DNA of 64,000 bases from Azolla caroliniana. Lineage: Eukaryota; Plantae; Polypodiophyta. A model generated the notes under the pieces. The model did not search any database, was not told where the DNA came from, and worked only from the letters and a program-made list of their open reading frames with translations. Below, in pieces: positions 23,101 to 35,961 of the stretch. The stretch's first letter is position 1. Each line of letters starts with the position of its first letter. The DNA is taken from positions 16,678,001 to 16,742,000 of the forward strand of contig JBHGNT010000004.1 of assembly GCA_043228905.1 (NCBI GenBank), in the 5' to 3' direction. The position numbers and the translations under genes are program-made.

Positions 23101-26100
23101 GATGTCCCCGCATAAAGAACCGAGGAGACGGTTTATGCACAAGGAGAAGGGGAAGAAGAAGACGTCGGAATACAATTTCGGTAGTGCTAAATCAGTTCGA
23201 AGCGAATCTGATCTCGAGCCAGTCGAGAACGAACCTCCATAGGTCAAAATCGACCGAAAAGGTCACGAAATCGAGTAATCACAAATTACGCCAATCTACC
23301 CGCCAAAAGAACCCCGTAAAGAGGTATAGGTATAATGAGTACATGGTGCACCATTACGCGTACATGACGCGAGTGGCAGGAGTGCGTGAGCCAGAGAGCT
23401 ACGCAGAAACGGTGAAAGACGCGAACTAGCGTGCCGCAATGGAGGAAGAGATGCGCCCATTGGCGGAAAATGAAACCTGGGACCTGGTTGACGCACCGAA
23501 AGGTGTGAAGCCAATCGGATGTAAGTGGGTGTACAAGGTTAAGTACAACACCGTGTTTTGCTCGTTGTAGCTACGGCGAAGGGGTGGCATTTACATCAGA
23601 TGGATGTAAAGAACGTGTTCCTGCAAGGTGATCTTGAGGAGCATGTGTACATGGTACAGCCCCCCGGGTTTCTATCCGAACAAAACACCTCGGCAGTTTG
23701 CCGATTGAAGAAATCCTTATGTTACGAGCATGACCATTTAATATCCCGTGGTGAGAATTTACCGTAGTATTCTATACACGTGGATAAGTGTGAGGGTTAA
23801 ACGAGAGTGTAAAGAAGGGGAGGATTACTTTTAATCCTCGGGATTGAGACAACCCATTTGGTCAAGTGTGAACTTGCCTGGGGGCCTTGGGTATCGCTAT
23901 AAATAAGAGGCCTAGCTACCCTCATTTTTACACCTCTTAACACTCTCGTTTAACCCTCACACTTATCCACGTGTATAGAATACTACGGTAAATTCTCACC
24001 ACGGGATATTAAATGGTCATGCCCGGTTAAACGAGAGTGTAAAGAATACTACGGTAAATTCTCACCATGGGATATTAAATGGTCATGCCCGTAACACCTT
24101 ATATGGACTAAAGCAAGCCCCGTGAGCTTGGAACGCAAAGATTACACGTAGAATGGGGTTTGCGCCGTCGAAATCGGACTCTTCTCTATTTGTTTGGTAA
24201 AGTCGACATGGCCCGGTAAGCCTTCTAGTGTATGTTGATGATTTAGTCATCGCCGGTGCCGATCTAGAAGAAATCCGCCGCGTAAAGTCTCAACTTGCGG
24301 CATCATTCGAAATGAAGGATCTCGGAGACCTTCATTACTTCCTCGGGATCGAAGTGATCCGCAACCCCGAAGGCATATTATTCAACCAGTGTCATTACGC
24401 GTTGAATATGCTCTTCAAGTTCGGGATGGCAAACTATAAGCCCATCTCGACCCCTCTGGATAGAAACGTGAAGCTTCACCCAGATTCGGGCAAGGCGTGC
24501 GACCCGACACGGTTCCGACAGATTGTCGGAAGCCTCATCTATTTAACTATTACTCGGTCGGACCTCAGTAACCCGGTTGGCGTGATCAGTCAATTCATGT
24601 CGCAACCTACAGCCGAACACTTTCAGTGCACGCAACGGATACTTCGTTATGTTAGCGGCACGAAAGGCATGGCGTTGTTTTATCGGGCAGGCATAGCCAA
24701 ACAGTTAATCGACTACACGGATGTCGATTGGGCCGGAAACGCCCATGATCGTCGATCCACATCTGGATACGCATTATCATTGGGAAGTGTGGCGATCGCA
24801 TGGAGCAACAAGAAGCAGCCGACAGTAGCACTATCGAGCACGAAGGCCGAATATCGAGGGGCAATTGTCGCTACGTGCGAGTCATTTGGCTGAAACGGCT
24901 ATTACGAGATCTGCAGGTAGAGGTTTCTGATCCAATGACGATCCATTGCGACAACCTTAGCAGTACCCACCTTGCGAAAAAACCCGTGTTCCATGCCCGG
25001 ACCAAGCACATTCAGGTGCATTACGATTTTGTCCGCGAGCGGGTCCTTTCAAGAGAAGTCGAATTGGTGCATGTTTCGACTGGTCGGTAGATTGCCGACA
25101 TCTTAACAAAACCTCTTGGTCTCGACAAGTTATGGCATTTCTTGGGTGCGCTTGGGTTGCATCACCTTGACATGCCGATCTTGAGGGGGAGAAAGGAAGA
25201 ACAGGGACAAGAGCATGAAAGGAGCGGAGGTAAGCATCACGACGGAAGTGACCGAGATGCGGAGTTGGATGGAGAATTTGACTTCGAACCAGCTGAAGAA
25301 GCCGAAGACAGAAGCAAGGGCAAGGGCCGTAAGCATAAGAAGAAGCTGAGGAGAGCCAAAACAGGGGGAAATAAGGCCAGGACTAAGACGTGGTCGGAAG
25401 TGTCAAAGGCCTAAAGAGAGGAGACGAATTGGAGACAACCAATTCGGATAAGAGCGGAATTGAATCGGAAGCGTTCGATTCAATCGGTATGTTCGATTTG
25501 GATACGCCGAATCAACTGAAGGCCATGTAGAGAAAAGGGCAGCGAAGGACGCGTCGACACTGCAACAGCAAGGGAGCTGAGAAGGGCTGAACGAGCAGAC
25601 AAGCCGACCGAAAGGGTCGAAGTGCGCGGAATCGAACGAGTCGAGGAGCGCGAGCGACGCGTGAAGCCAGAAGGAACCGGAGCGTAGATCCGGCGGAGCA
25701 AGTGGAACCTCAAGTTGAGCTTGAGGGGGAGTGTTGAGAGACAAGCTCAACATTCGGTGCGAAGTACGCAGCGTAACCCAATGCGTAGACTAGGTGCGTG
25801 AAAAAGTACCCACAACAGGGCCACATCAGTGTGAAAACCGAAGAGGCTGTTAGAGCGTTATTCCTCGTAAGGGAATAATTTTGGGAGTTTGTGTAGTCGG
25901 CTCATTTATGAGCATTCAAGTACTGTTAGTACTTGTGTCAGGGCTTGTATATAAGGTGCTCACTGAGCACGAAGTATGTACACAATAGAGAGTCATTATT
26001 TTTTAAACTGAGCTTTTTGTTATCTGGTCTTCCATCTCCATCTCCATCTCTATGTTTTCTGTGTTTTACCGAATTGTCTTATTCCTCCGAACTGTGTACT

Positions 26101-26142
26101 CTGTGTTTACGCACACGCTTCCGCACAATGTATTCTTTTACA
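20128..26142 (+). mobile_element. Ty1/Copia element D inserted in the integrase region of C
   Basis: LTRs 20128-20545 and 25732-26142. TSD GCATA at 20123-20127 and 26143-26147. PBS at 20546. Gag-pol has stops and frameshifts. Confidence 0.95.
23720..24096. mobile_element. 377-bp foldback / solo-LTR-like insertion in the RT of D
   Basis: Ends TGTTACG...CGTAACA. TSD CCTTA at 23715-23719 and 24097-24101. Inverted arms 23720-23810 and 23940-24025, plus a repeated arm to 24096. The host RT (KKSL|YGLKQ) is restored on removal. Confidence 0.9.
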
Positions 26143-27822
26143 GCATATGTGCATGTACCGAATGAGAAGCGGAAGAAACTGGATGCCAAGTCAAAGAAAT
26201 GTATCCTAGTTGGCTACTCACATGAATTGAAGGGGTATAAGGGCTACAACCCCCAAACCAAACAGGTATGAGTAAGCCGAGGCATCGTGTTTGACGAGTC
26301 GACGTCCTGGTATTCTCTTCCAACCCCAAACTCTGTTCCAATTACTGAGGATGAGGCCAGTGAGCCCAAGATGATTCGGGAAGAAGAAGACATCAGCACT
26401 CTAGAAGAGAGTCTAATTCATTCCGGTTGAGTGGCCCGAATGAAGAGCTAAGTCAGAATGACCAGGTGAATGAAGAGTCGGTGAGCAGCATCGACTCGGC
26501 CGTGCACTCCCCGCGCAAGGAACCGAGAAATAGTATACAAGCAAAGAGAAGGGGAAGATGAAGATTTTGGAATACGACACAGAAAAGGATGCATCGGATC
26601 GGGGAGAATCCGACACCAGCTGGAGCGAAGACAGACCTCAAGAGTTGAGGACAAATGCAACCAAGCGGGCTCTCAAATTGGCGAATGAGAAGTTACGCCG
26701 ATCGACTCGCCACAAGAACCCGGTTATACAATGAATACATGATGCATCATTATGCGTACATGACAAAGGTGGCAAAAGTTCACGAGCCAGAGAGCTATGC
26801 AGAGGCATGATGTGATGCAAAATGGCGATCTACCATGGAGGAAGAAATATGGGCACTTGATGCCAACAAGACATGGGACTTGGTTGACCCTTCCCGACAT
26901 TGCAAACCGATCAGCTACAAATGGGTGTACAAGGTGAAGTACAACACCGAAGGTTTGGTCAACCGGTATAAGGCCCGATTTGTGGCCAAGGGATATGCAC
27001 AGACCCACGGCATTGACTACGATGAGATCTTTGCACCAGTGGCGAAGATGACAACAGTCTGTGTGGTGCTAGCAGTCGTAGTGGCAAGGGGGGGTGTCAT
27101 CTCTACCAAATGGACGTTAAGAACGTGTTTCCTCAAGGAGACCTTGAAGAACGGGTATTTATGGTCCAACCCCCTAGTTTTCAGTTGGAGATGAACAAAT
27201 GGGCGGTATGTCGACTAAAGAAATCTCTTTACGGGCTCAAGCAAGCCCCGTGTGCTTGGAACTCAAAAATCACGCACCTGTTGCGTAAGATGGGGTTTGA
27301 GGTCTCCAAATCCAAATCTTCTTTGTGGCACAGACACATCAACCATGGACTCGGATGGAGCATGGATGATGGGGCTAATAGTGTGGAACTTAAGAAGCTA
27401 GGAACGACACAAGAGCATGAAGATTGAGATGAAGAACGACACAAGATGGAATGAAACGAGAATACTAGATTGATGTGTCAATGACTAGCATTGAATCCCT
27501 TGAAAGGAATCAAGGAAACTACAAGTATTTATACATTTTTGTGGGCTCTACATGTTGTTCCATGCATCGACCCATTTTCATGTAGAAACTTCTATAGCTT
27601 TCTAGAAACTTCTAAAAACTCCTAGAATTTGGAATAGATAATCTACTACTAAAATATGAATAGCATGACCATGTATTTGGATGTGTTGGTTAGAACATAC
27701 ACTTGACTATATACAAGAGGTGAAGAGTTCGAATCTTAATATGAGTGTTGTCGTGTCCATGACATAGCGTCGTGAAGGGGTGAGCTAAAAGAGAAAACTA
27801 GAGTAGGTTGAGGAGTGACTAA

Positions 27823-28038
27823 CCATGAGCTGTCCTCACCAGAGAATGGAACACGAGTGAACGTGAGCAACCATGTGTGGTTCTCATCAGGAATTGAAGC
27901 ACCAATGGGCGTGAGCAACCATGTGCGGTCCTCATCGGGGAATTGAAGCACCAACAAGCGTGAGCGACCCTGTGCAATACTCACAGGAGACACAAGCCCC
28001 AACGGGCATGAGCGACCCTATGCAGTCCTCACTAGGAT
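27823..28038. repeat. ~48-bp tandem repeat, about 4.5 copies
   Basis: Unit similar to CATGTGTGGTTCTCATCAGGAATTGAAGCACCAATGGGCGTGAGCAAC. Confidence 0.8.
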
Positions 28039-28184
28039 TTGGAACACTTAACGTCGATGAAGGCTAGGCAAAGTAGTGTTGATGACAACAACAAGAGGTG
28101 TTGAAGATGATGATGTCGAAGAAAAATCAATGAAAACAATGATGAAGCAATGATTGTGACTATGGCAATGATGGAAACTGAGAA

Positions 28185-28790
28185 ATAGATGAAGAGGATA
28201 AGAAACACAGAGATCGAGACGCTGAGGATAAAAAGAAACACAAAGACAGAGATATAGAGGATGATAGAAAGCACAATGACAGAGACGAAGATGATAAAAA
28301 ACACATAGATAGGGATGATGATGATAAGAAACACATAGATAGAGATGAAAATGGTAGGAAACATGGGCAGAAGGATGACAATGACAAAAAATGTAGAGAT
28401 AGGAATGTGGAAGATGATAAGAAGCGCAAAGATAGGGATGATGATGATAAGAAACACATAGATAGAGATGAAAATGGTAGAAAACACGGGGAGAAGGATG
28501 ACAATAACAAAAAACACAGAGATAGGGATGTGGAAGATGATAAGAAGTGCAAAGATAGGGATGATGATGATAAGAAACACAAAGATAGATATGTGGAGGA
28601 TGAGAAGAAACTAAAAATGTAGATGATGAGGAGAAGAAACTAAAAGATAGAGACAACGATGAGAAGAAACTAGGCGATAGAGATGGCGAGGAAGATAGGA
28701 AATGAAGGGATGTTGATGACGGCAACTCTAGAAGCAAGGACGGTGACAATGGTAACTCTAGAAGCAAGGGCGATGACGAAGACGGGTGAT
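28185..28790. repeat. ~30-bp purine-rich tandem array with a 123-bp higher-order repeat
   Basis: GATAGGGATGATGATGATAAGAAACACATA-like units. An identical block starts at both 28308 and 28431. Confidence 0.85.
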
Positions 28791-31700
28791 GCTTCAAGTT
28801 GGAAGGGATTCAAACTATCACGAACACACCAACCCTAGACTATGACAAAGAACAGATGACGAGGCTACAACCGATAAGGTTACGAACGTGGAACATGACG
28901 TAATGAGAGGCTAGAAACTCGGGAAGTTTGTGGCCTCTACATGTAATTCCATGCATCGACCCATTTTCATGCAAAAGCTTCTAGAGCTTTTTGGAAGCTT
29001 CTAGAAACTCTTAGAACTTGGAATAGATAATCTACTAAGATATGGATAACATGAACATGTATTTGGATGTGTTGATTAGAATATAACACTTGACTATATA
29101 CAAGAGGTGAAGAGTTTGACTCTTGACATGACTGTTGTCATGTCCATGACACTTTGTTCATCTAGAAAGGTTCGAAAGGTCCGGTGTGCATATTGTTGTA
29201 CATGGAGACCTTGGTCGTCACCGTCCCCGACCTTGCTGAAATCAGCCAAGTGAAGTCCCAATTGTCAGGCGCATTCGAAATGAAGGATTTAGGGAACCTT
29301 CATTATTTCCTCGAGATCAAAGTGGTCCACACCCCCAATGGCATATTGCTCACTCAACGACATTACGTTTTGAATATGTTGTACAAATTCGGCATGACGG
29401 ATTGTTGATCCGTCTCGATAGAAACCTAAAACTTCGTCCTGACTCAAGAGCGGCCTATGATGAGAAACGGTTCCGTCAAATCGTCAGAAGCCTCATATAT
29501 TTAACTATCACCCGACCCGACCTCAGCTATCTGGTCGGCGTGATAAGTCAGTTCATGCAGAGACCAACTGTCAAGCATCTTTAGTGCATGCACCAAATCT
29601 TTTGATATGTAAGCAGTAGGAAGGATCAAGGTCTGTTGTACCGACACAACATAGTCGAACAACTAGTCGGCTATGTTGATGTCGATTAGGCCGGAGACGC
29701 CACCGATCGACCATCCACATCAGGTTTCATGTTCTCTCTTGGGAGCGCGGTTGTAGCCTGGAGCAACAAGAAGCACCCGATAGTGTCCTTATCAAGCACC
29801 GAAGTTGAGTATTGAGGCGCCACCGTCGCAACTTGTGAGGCTATATGGCTCTGGCGGTTGTTGCAGGACTTATGGATCGAAGTCCGTACTCCGATTCCAA
29901 TCTGTTGCAATTACATCAATAACATGCAACTGGCCAAGAACCTCGTATTTCATGCTCACACAAAGCACATAGAGGTGTATTATCACTTTGTGCATGAGCA
30001 GGTTCTGAGTGGTGAAGTCGAACTCCAATATGTTCGAACCGATCGGTAGGTGGCCGATATCTTTACCAAGGCGTTTGGGACGGACAAGTTGCAGCACTTC
30101 TTGGAGATGCTTGGTATCCAACATCTCGATGTGTCGCACTTGAGGGGGAGAATCGATGAGATAGTCAGAGAGGAGGACAAAAGGAGAGTTGAATCGACTG
30201 AGGTCGAAACATCCAGTAGAGTTGGAGCAAGTGGCAAAGGCGGCAGAATCAAGAAGGATAGAGCCGACCGGAAGAAAAAGGCCATGAACAAGACATGGTC
30301 GGATGTAGTCAAGGGCCTAAAGAAAGATGACGAATTGGTGACAACCAATTCGGACAAGAGCGGGAATGAATCGAAGACATTTGATTCGGTCAAGTGGGTT
30401 GATTCAGATGAGCCGAATTTCATTAAGGCCAAGCGGACAGGGAGGCAGGCAAAGCCGACATTGAAATGAAGGAGTAGACAGGTCGAGGGGTGCCAAAGTC
30501 ATGGCAGTAAGGGAGCTAAGAAAGGCTTGATGAGCAAACAAGTCGACCAAGGAGGTCGAAGAGCGCAGAACCGGACGGGTTGAGGAGCATGCACCAAGAG
30601 ACAAGCTGGCAGGAGGGGTCGAGGCGAAGAACCGGCAAAGCGAAGGAGCCTCAAGTTGAGCTTGAGGGGGAGTGTTGAGAAGCAAGCTCAACATGGGCTG
30701 AATTAGTTGAACAAGCCGAGAGCTAGATCGAATGCAGACCGATCTGTTAGGCCCGGATCGGATCAGAGGGTCGGATCAGAGAACTGGATCCACAGGGAGT
30801 TGGTAGGCCATTAGAGGCCTACACTCCTAGTTTAGTAGGTAGTTATACTTTTTGGAGTTAGTGTCAGATGCTCCTTTATGCGCATTGAAGTACTTGTCAA
30901 TACTTCTTACCGTCCTTATGGACTTGTATAAATGTGCTCAATTAGCACATTTGTATGTACAGAGTGTTAATTTTTTAATTGATTTTTCAGTCTTTCGCTC
31001 TCTCTATCTCTCCTGCGTACTCTATTTTTTCTCTCCATCATTTTTCTCTGTTTTTTGCTGCTATCTAGTTGAGTTGGTTGTGTCTGTTTCAGCTTCCTCA
31101 CTTAAATCTTTTCATAGGTTTTGTTGCGCCTATTTGGGCCAGAATTATAAATAGCCTTAAAGTTGTATTAGTATAAATATAACTAGGGCAAGTCATTAGA
31201 TGATGATGAATGGTTGTTGTTGGTAGTTGCCTCTATAACTAAGAGTGTGTAGGAGAGTAAGAGAGAGTTGTAACTCTATTGTAACCATCGTCTGATGAAG
31301 AGGAGTTCAAGGTTATTGCCTTTGGAATCTCCTATGTATATTCCTCTTACTATAGTGATATTGTTTGGAGTTTATGGACTCCCGTGGTTTTTCCCTTTCC
31401 GGGTTTTCCACATAAATACTTCTATCATTGTACTCTTGTTTTTCATCTTTTGTTATTTTTGTCATTTCAATCTTTGCACCCGCATTTGCACACGTGATAA
31501 CCGGTTGTGGCTAGTAGTAGCCTCATCAAACTGATATCAGAGCGATGGACGAACATCTAGGTGGAATGTTCAAACTAACCAGCTCCAACTACTTTGTGTG
31601 GAAGTCGAAGACGCGTGATATGTTGGTGTGCAGAGACCTTGGTTGTCGGTGTAGTTTGGAGATGGAGAACCAGACAAGATTGATGCATCGACCTGGGAGG

Positions 31701-31878
31701 TAATGCATATGAAGACGACGGCATACATTAGGTGTTTTATAGATAGGAGTCTATATTTCAATGAAGAGACCAAGGCGGACGTCATCTGGAAGAAGATTGT
31801 CATAATGTTAGAGAATAAGAATGTCGTCAATAGACTCTCGGTATTCCGGAAGATTGTGAGACTTCGGTGTAAGCCTAG

Positions 31879-32500
31879 TGTTAGGAATATGTCCCTCCTA
31901 TGGGAGTAGCCGACTAGTCAGGCCGAGTGCCAACAGTCGAAGACATGGAGAGTCGACTAGGGAGTCGACAATAGGGGAGTCCAAGTCGAAGACACAACCA
32001 ACGAGTCGGGCCGACCGGATGGTTGAAGACAAGGCCGACTAGTTGGGCCGACTGGACAGTCAACACTAGAGTCGACTAGTCGATCAGTCGACTTAATAAC
32101 TATTATTGCTATAATAGGAATGACAGTAGCAGTGGCTACATTTGTAAATAGCCCATATAGTGTATAAGTATAAATACACTTAGGCCAAACATAGAGTATG
32201 TAGAACAGATTTGTGTGTGATCCTCTGTTGTGGAGTGAGATAGAGAAGAGAGACGTAGTGAGAGGGAGATAGAGAGTGGCGCCATAGCCGAGTGAGGTTT
32301 GACGCCAAGAGCCATGTGTGGCTGATACACTGTGTGTGGAGAGTGTTGTCTTCTTATCTCATCTTGTATTCTCTTGTGTATAGTGGAATCTCTGTTCCCA
32401 TGGGTTTCCCCCGTTTAGGGTTTCCACATAAAACGTTGTGTAGTGTGTATTTTGTCTACTGTGTTGTTTTCTATTTCCGCAAGATTTGTGTATTTCAACA
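31879..32500 (+). repeat. Isolated Copia-type LTR related to the A/B family
   Basis: Starts TGTTAGGAATATGTCCCTC (compare B: TGTTAGGAAACAGGTCCCTC), shares TTTGTAAATAGCCC and TAGGGTTTTCCAC motifs with the A LTR, and ends TTCAACA. No PBS and no matching TSD. Confidence 0.7.
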
Positions 32501-32624
32501 TATCATTCGTGGATCGACGATTTGATTCTTAATACATTGAACATAATAAACGTGTTCATGGAAGCATTCAAACGTTTGAAAACGAACAAGTTTGGAAAGG
32601 GAAAAATGTGTGTTCCTTTTTTTT

Positions 32625-32678
<54 letters not shown>

Positions 32679-33891
32679 TCAAGAATCTTCTTTTGTTGTT
32701 GCTACTTCTTCCTATTAGAACATGATCAATAACGCTACTCATCCACCATATCTTGGCGGCCATGATTTCTCTAGCCATTCTGATGTGCTTCTTGATCCTC
32801 CTCCTTCCCACCCGGTCTACGACTACGGCTATGGCGATCTTATGTACAATGAATTTGCTACCGGGCCATGGATGCAGTGCTCGATGGCTTCTACATCGCA
32901 TCCTCCTCAATATAATTCATGGAGAAGAAAAAGAAGAAGTTGGCACAGATGAATCAAAAGAGAAGTAACAGAGGAGCAGTGGGGAGCTCTAGGCAGTAGG
33001 TGTGGCTCATGATCGTGGAGATGATGAGGGAGGAGATCCTTAGAGCTAGGGACATGCACAAAGCCAACATTAATCTCAAGAACACAATGATGATGAGCAA
33101 GAAGGGCAGAAGCTTATCCACCATGTCAATGAGAATCAGATGCCTGAATCAAATGAATCATAGTCATGAACCATAGTGATCCTCGGAATCAAAGTCATCA
33201 CGATGTCGTGAAGAAAACCGGCCCTAAGAGGAATCGAGGAATTGAAGTCGTGAACCCACCCTTGCACGAGAGTGCGCGAATTGATATCAATTGTACATAA
33301 CTAGGAATAGGATGATTGATATAAGTATACTAGGTGTGACATATTTATTAGGAAATCAATGCGTATCTCTGTTCGAAGGGATAGAGAATAAAGGGGACAT
33401 GTTTTGATGTAACAGTCAGCTCGGTGACCTATAAAGGGGAGGGGAGAAGAAGAACAAGCTATCGCATTTTGGGGAAGGAGGAGGTGTTGTCGGACTGGGA
33501 ACCAAGCTCTCTCCTCCTTTGTCATCATTCTCTAGAGGGTTGCAATCGTTGTAATTGTCACTGTTATTGGAATTGAATCTCTTGTTCTCGTCTATCTATG
33601 TTTCTGGATGTCTCCTCTTTCATTTCTCTCGAGTCTGCTTCTTGGTTAAGTCGGTATATGCGTTGGTGGTTCATTTAGCGGGCAAGTCCTGTCGGTTGCT
33701 AACAGGTCTAGCAGGCCTTGCACTTGCGCGCTCCTCACTTCCTCTTGTCTCTCTTGCTCCTCCGTTCAAGGCCCCCATGGTCCCACCTTATTTCACACGC
33801 GTAAACGAAACAACCCGACATATTTGGTGAACCCAACGTAAAACAGGCGGCAGAGGAGTCGAAGATTAGGGGATCAGAGCTCGCCGAAGCC

Positions 33892-35961
33892 GTGGCAGCA
33901 GCAGTCGATCAGATAGTAAGTGCTCGAGAGGGCACGGGCGCCCTCAACAGGGCCATTGAAGCAATGGTCGGCACAATAGGCCGATTCGGTGGAAAGGACG
34001 CCACGAGCTATTTGGTGGCCTACCAAGCCGAGATGGTGATGAGAGACATTTCGGAGGATGGGCGTCTGGCCGGGTTCCCTCGGGTAGCGACACCGGGCAT
34101 CCATGCAGAGGTGCTCGAGGTACAGGCTGGATGCCGGACCTGGGGAGAATTCGAAGCACGGCTCCTCGAAAGGTACGGACTCGATGACGCGCTTCAGTTA
34201 TTGAAGTGGGACTTCATGGAGTGGGTGGAAACCCCCATAAAGGGGAGGAATGTGTCGGCGCTCCTCCCGGAGTTCGAAGAACGCTTCGCATGGCTCTCAA
34301 CGTTGGACAGGACTGTGCTGGACACGAGCCGTGTCCTGTTGTTTGTCAAATCAGTGGACGTGCGGGATAGGGACCATGTGGGTCTCCTACTGGAGACAGA
34401 TGATGGGCTGATGACCGACTGCGCCACGGTCAAAGGGGTCTGCAACCGTTTTGACAAACGGCGAGAGTGGGGGGACGAGAAATCATCAGCAACGGGACCC
34501 ACCCCAGCACGAAAGGAGGAAACCCGAGATTGGCTTGAAACCAGCTCAGCATCGACCGGCGCAATCAAGGGCCCATTCGGGGGAGCGGCTCTTGAGGAGC
34601 TGACACAAATGGTGCACGACCTGCATATCGCGCAGGCCCAGAGAGACAATGGAGGGCAGCCACGCGACCGAAGGCCACCGGCTGGACGAAGGTGTATGTG
34701 GTGCGACGCGGTCGGACACTGTCGGCGAGACTGCGTGCAGTTTGCCAAAGCCCTCGGGGGTAACGTGGTGTACCTATGGAACAGACGGGTGCACGTTCGT
34801 GATACTCGGAGAGCCATGTAGACAAATTTCGGGCGCGGCGGAATGAAGAGGTTAATGGAGGAAGCCGCGGCGCGACACGCAAAGGCCTTCCACTACTCTG
34901 TATCGGCGGGTATCCGGGTCGGGGGCGACGAGGGTCAGAAGGCGACAGGCTCCGGATTCTGGCCGCCAGTGCTAGAAGGCCTCTCCGGGGTTCGGCTAAG
35001 GAAAGAGGAAGCGGACCGCGCGGAGCAGTAGATTCGGGAGGTCACCGGATGGGACGATCCGGTTGAAGAAAAGACCAGCTTCGTGGAAGTCGCATGCCAG
35101 AACTACGAGGTTCTGGTAGAAGACAAGCGCGTAGGAAAGGGTGGTGGGACCGGTCCCTCACAACGGTACGAGACTTGGTTCGGACCGAAGCCGAACGATG
35201 CCGCCAACACCAGCACACCAGATAGAAAGAAGCCGGTCGGTTTCTGGCTGAGCACCGAAATCGAGCAAACGACTGACCTACGAAAGGTCCTTGAGGAACG
35301 GATCCTCAACAGCAAGGTGGAGTTGTCGTTACGGGAGGTATTCGGGATTGCCAAGGAGTTCCACGACTCCATTGTAGACTTGGTAAAGCGTAAGCAGCTC
35401 TCGACGGAGCCGGAGCCGGAGAAGCCTATGGAAGTGCGGACAACACGTCTAGAAGACACGGCCCTAGAGGATGAGTTGGCAGACAGCCACTATTCAAAAT
35501 TGCATTGGGCCAAAGCCACTACGGAGACCCCTATTCGGGTTGGGGACGTTCCGGAGTCGGTGGTGGCATTGATAGACCATGGATCTGAAATCAACCTGAT
35601 GTCCATGGATTTCTATAAGAAAGGGAAATGGCCGATCAACACCAAGCACGGGTGGAAGATACGCGCGACGACGCGCGCTACGGAGGAGCTGCATGGTGCG
35701 TGCCCGAATGTACGCGTAAAGATCGGCGACGTCGAGATAGATCAACACTTCTTTGTGCAAGAGACATCCTCACACCCGGTGATACTTGGCGAACCGTACA
35801 TTACAGCGGCACGCATGAAAACGAAGGTGCTAGACAACAGTTCAGCATACGCGCACGTAAAGAGCCAGGACGGGCAGTGCTCCGTTCAATTTCTGACGGT
35901 GAGGCTAAATCATGACCGTAACCGCGAGACCCTCGGCAGCGATAGCCGAGGGGATTTTTAG
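33892..35961 (+). pseudogene. Gypsy F gag-protease
   Basis: Same-frame ORFs with CMWCDAVGHCRRDC knuckle and ALIDHGSEINL protease; two TAG stops. Confidence 0.85.

Larger units (their letters stand above)
27326..29151 (-). mobile_element. Non-autonomous LTR element E (no gag/pol; tandem-repeat interior) inserted in the RT of C
   Basis: Diverged LTRs 27326-27764 and 28816-29151, both ending TGTCCATGACA. TSD CTTTG at 27321-27325 and 29152-29156. Strand is inferred from the TTCAAAC-LTR junction shared with the chromovirus. Confidence 0.8.
17637..31114 (+). mobile_element. Degenerate Ty1/Copia element C inserted in the 5' LTR of B
   Basis: LTRs 17637-18055 and 30673-31114. TSD TAGGT at 17632-17636 and 31115-31119. 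PBS at 18056. Fragmented gag, PR, IN, RT and RNase H. Confidence 0.93.

Noticed and set aside
27823-28790. Possible CRISPR-like array
   Set aside because: Units are contiguous degenerate tandem repeats with no unique spacers, in a eukaryotic TE context with no cas genes.
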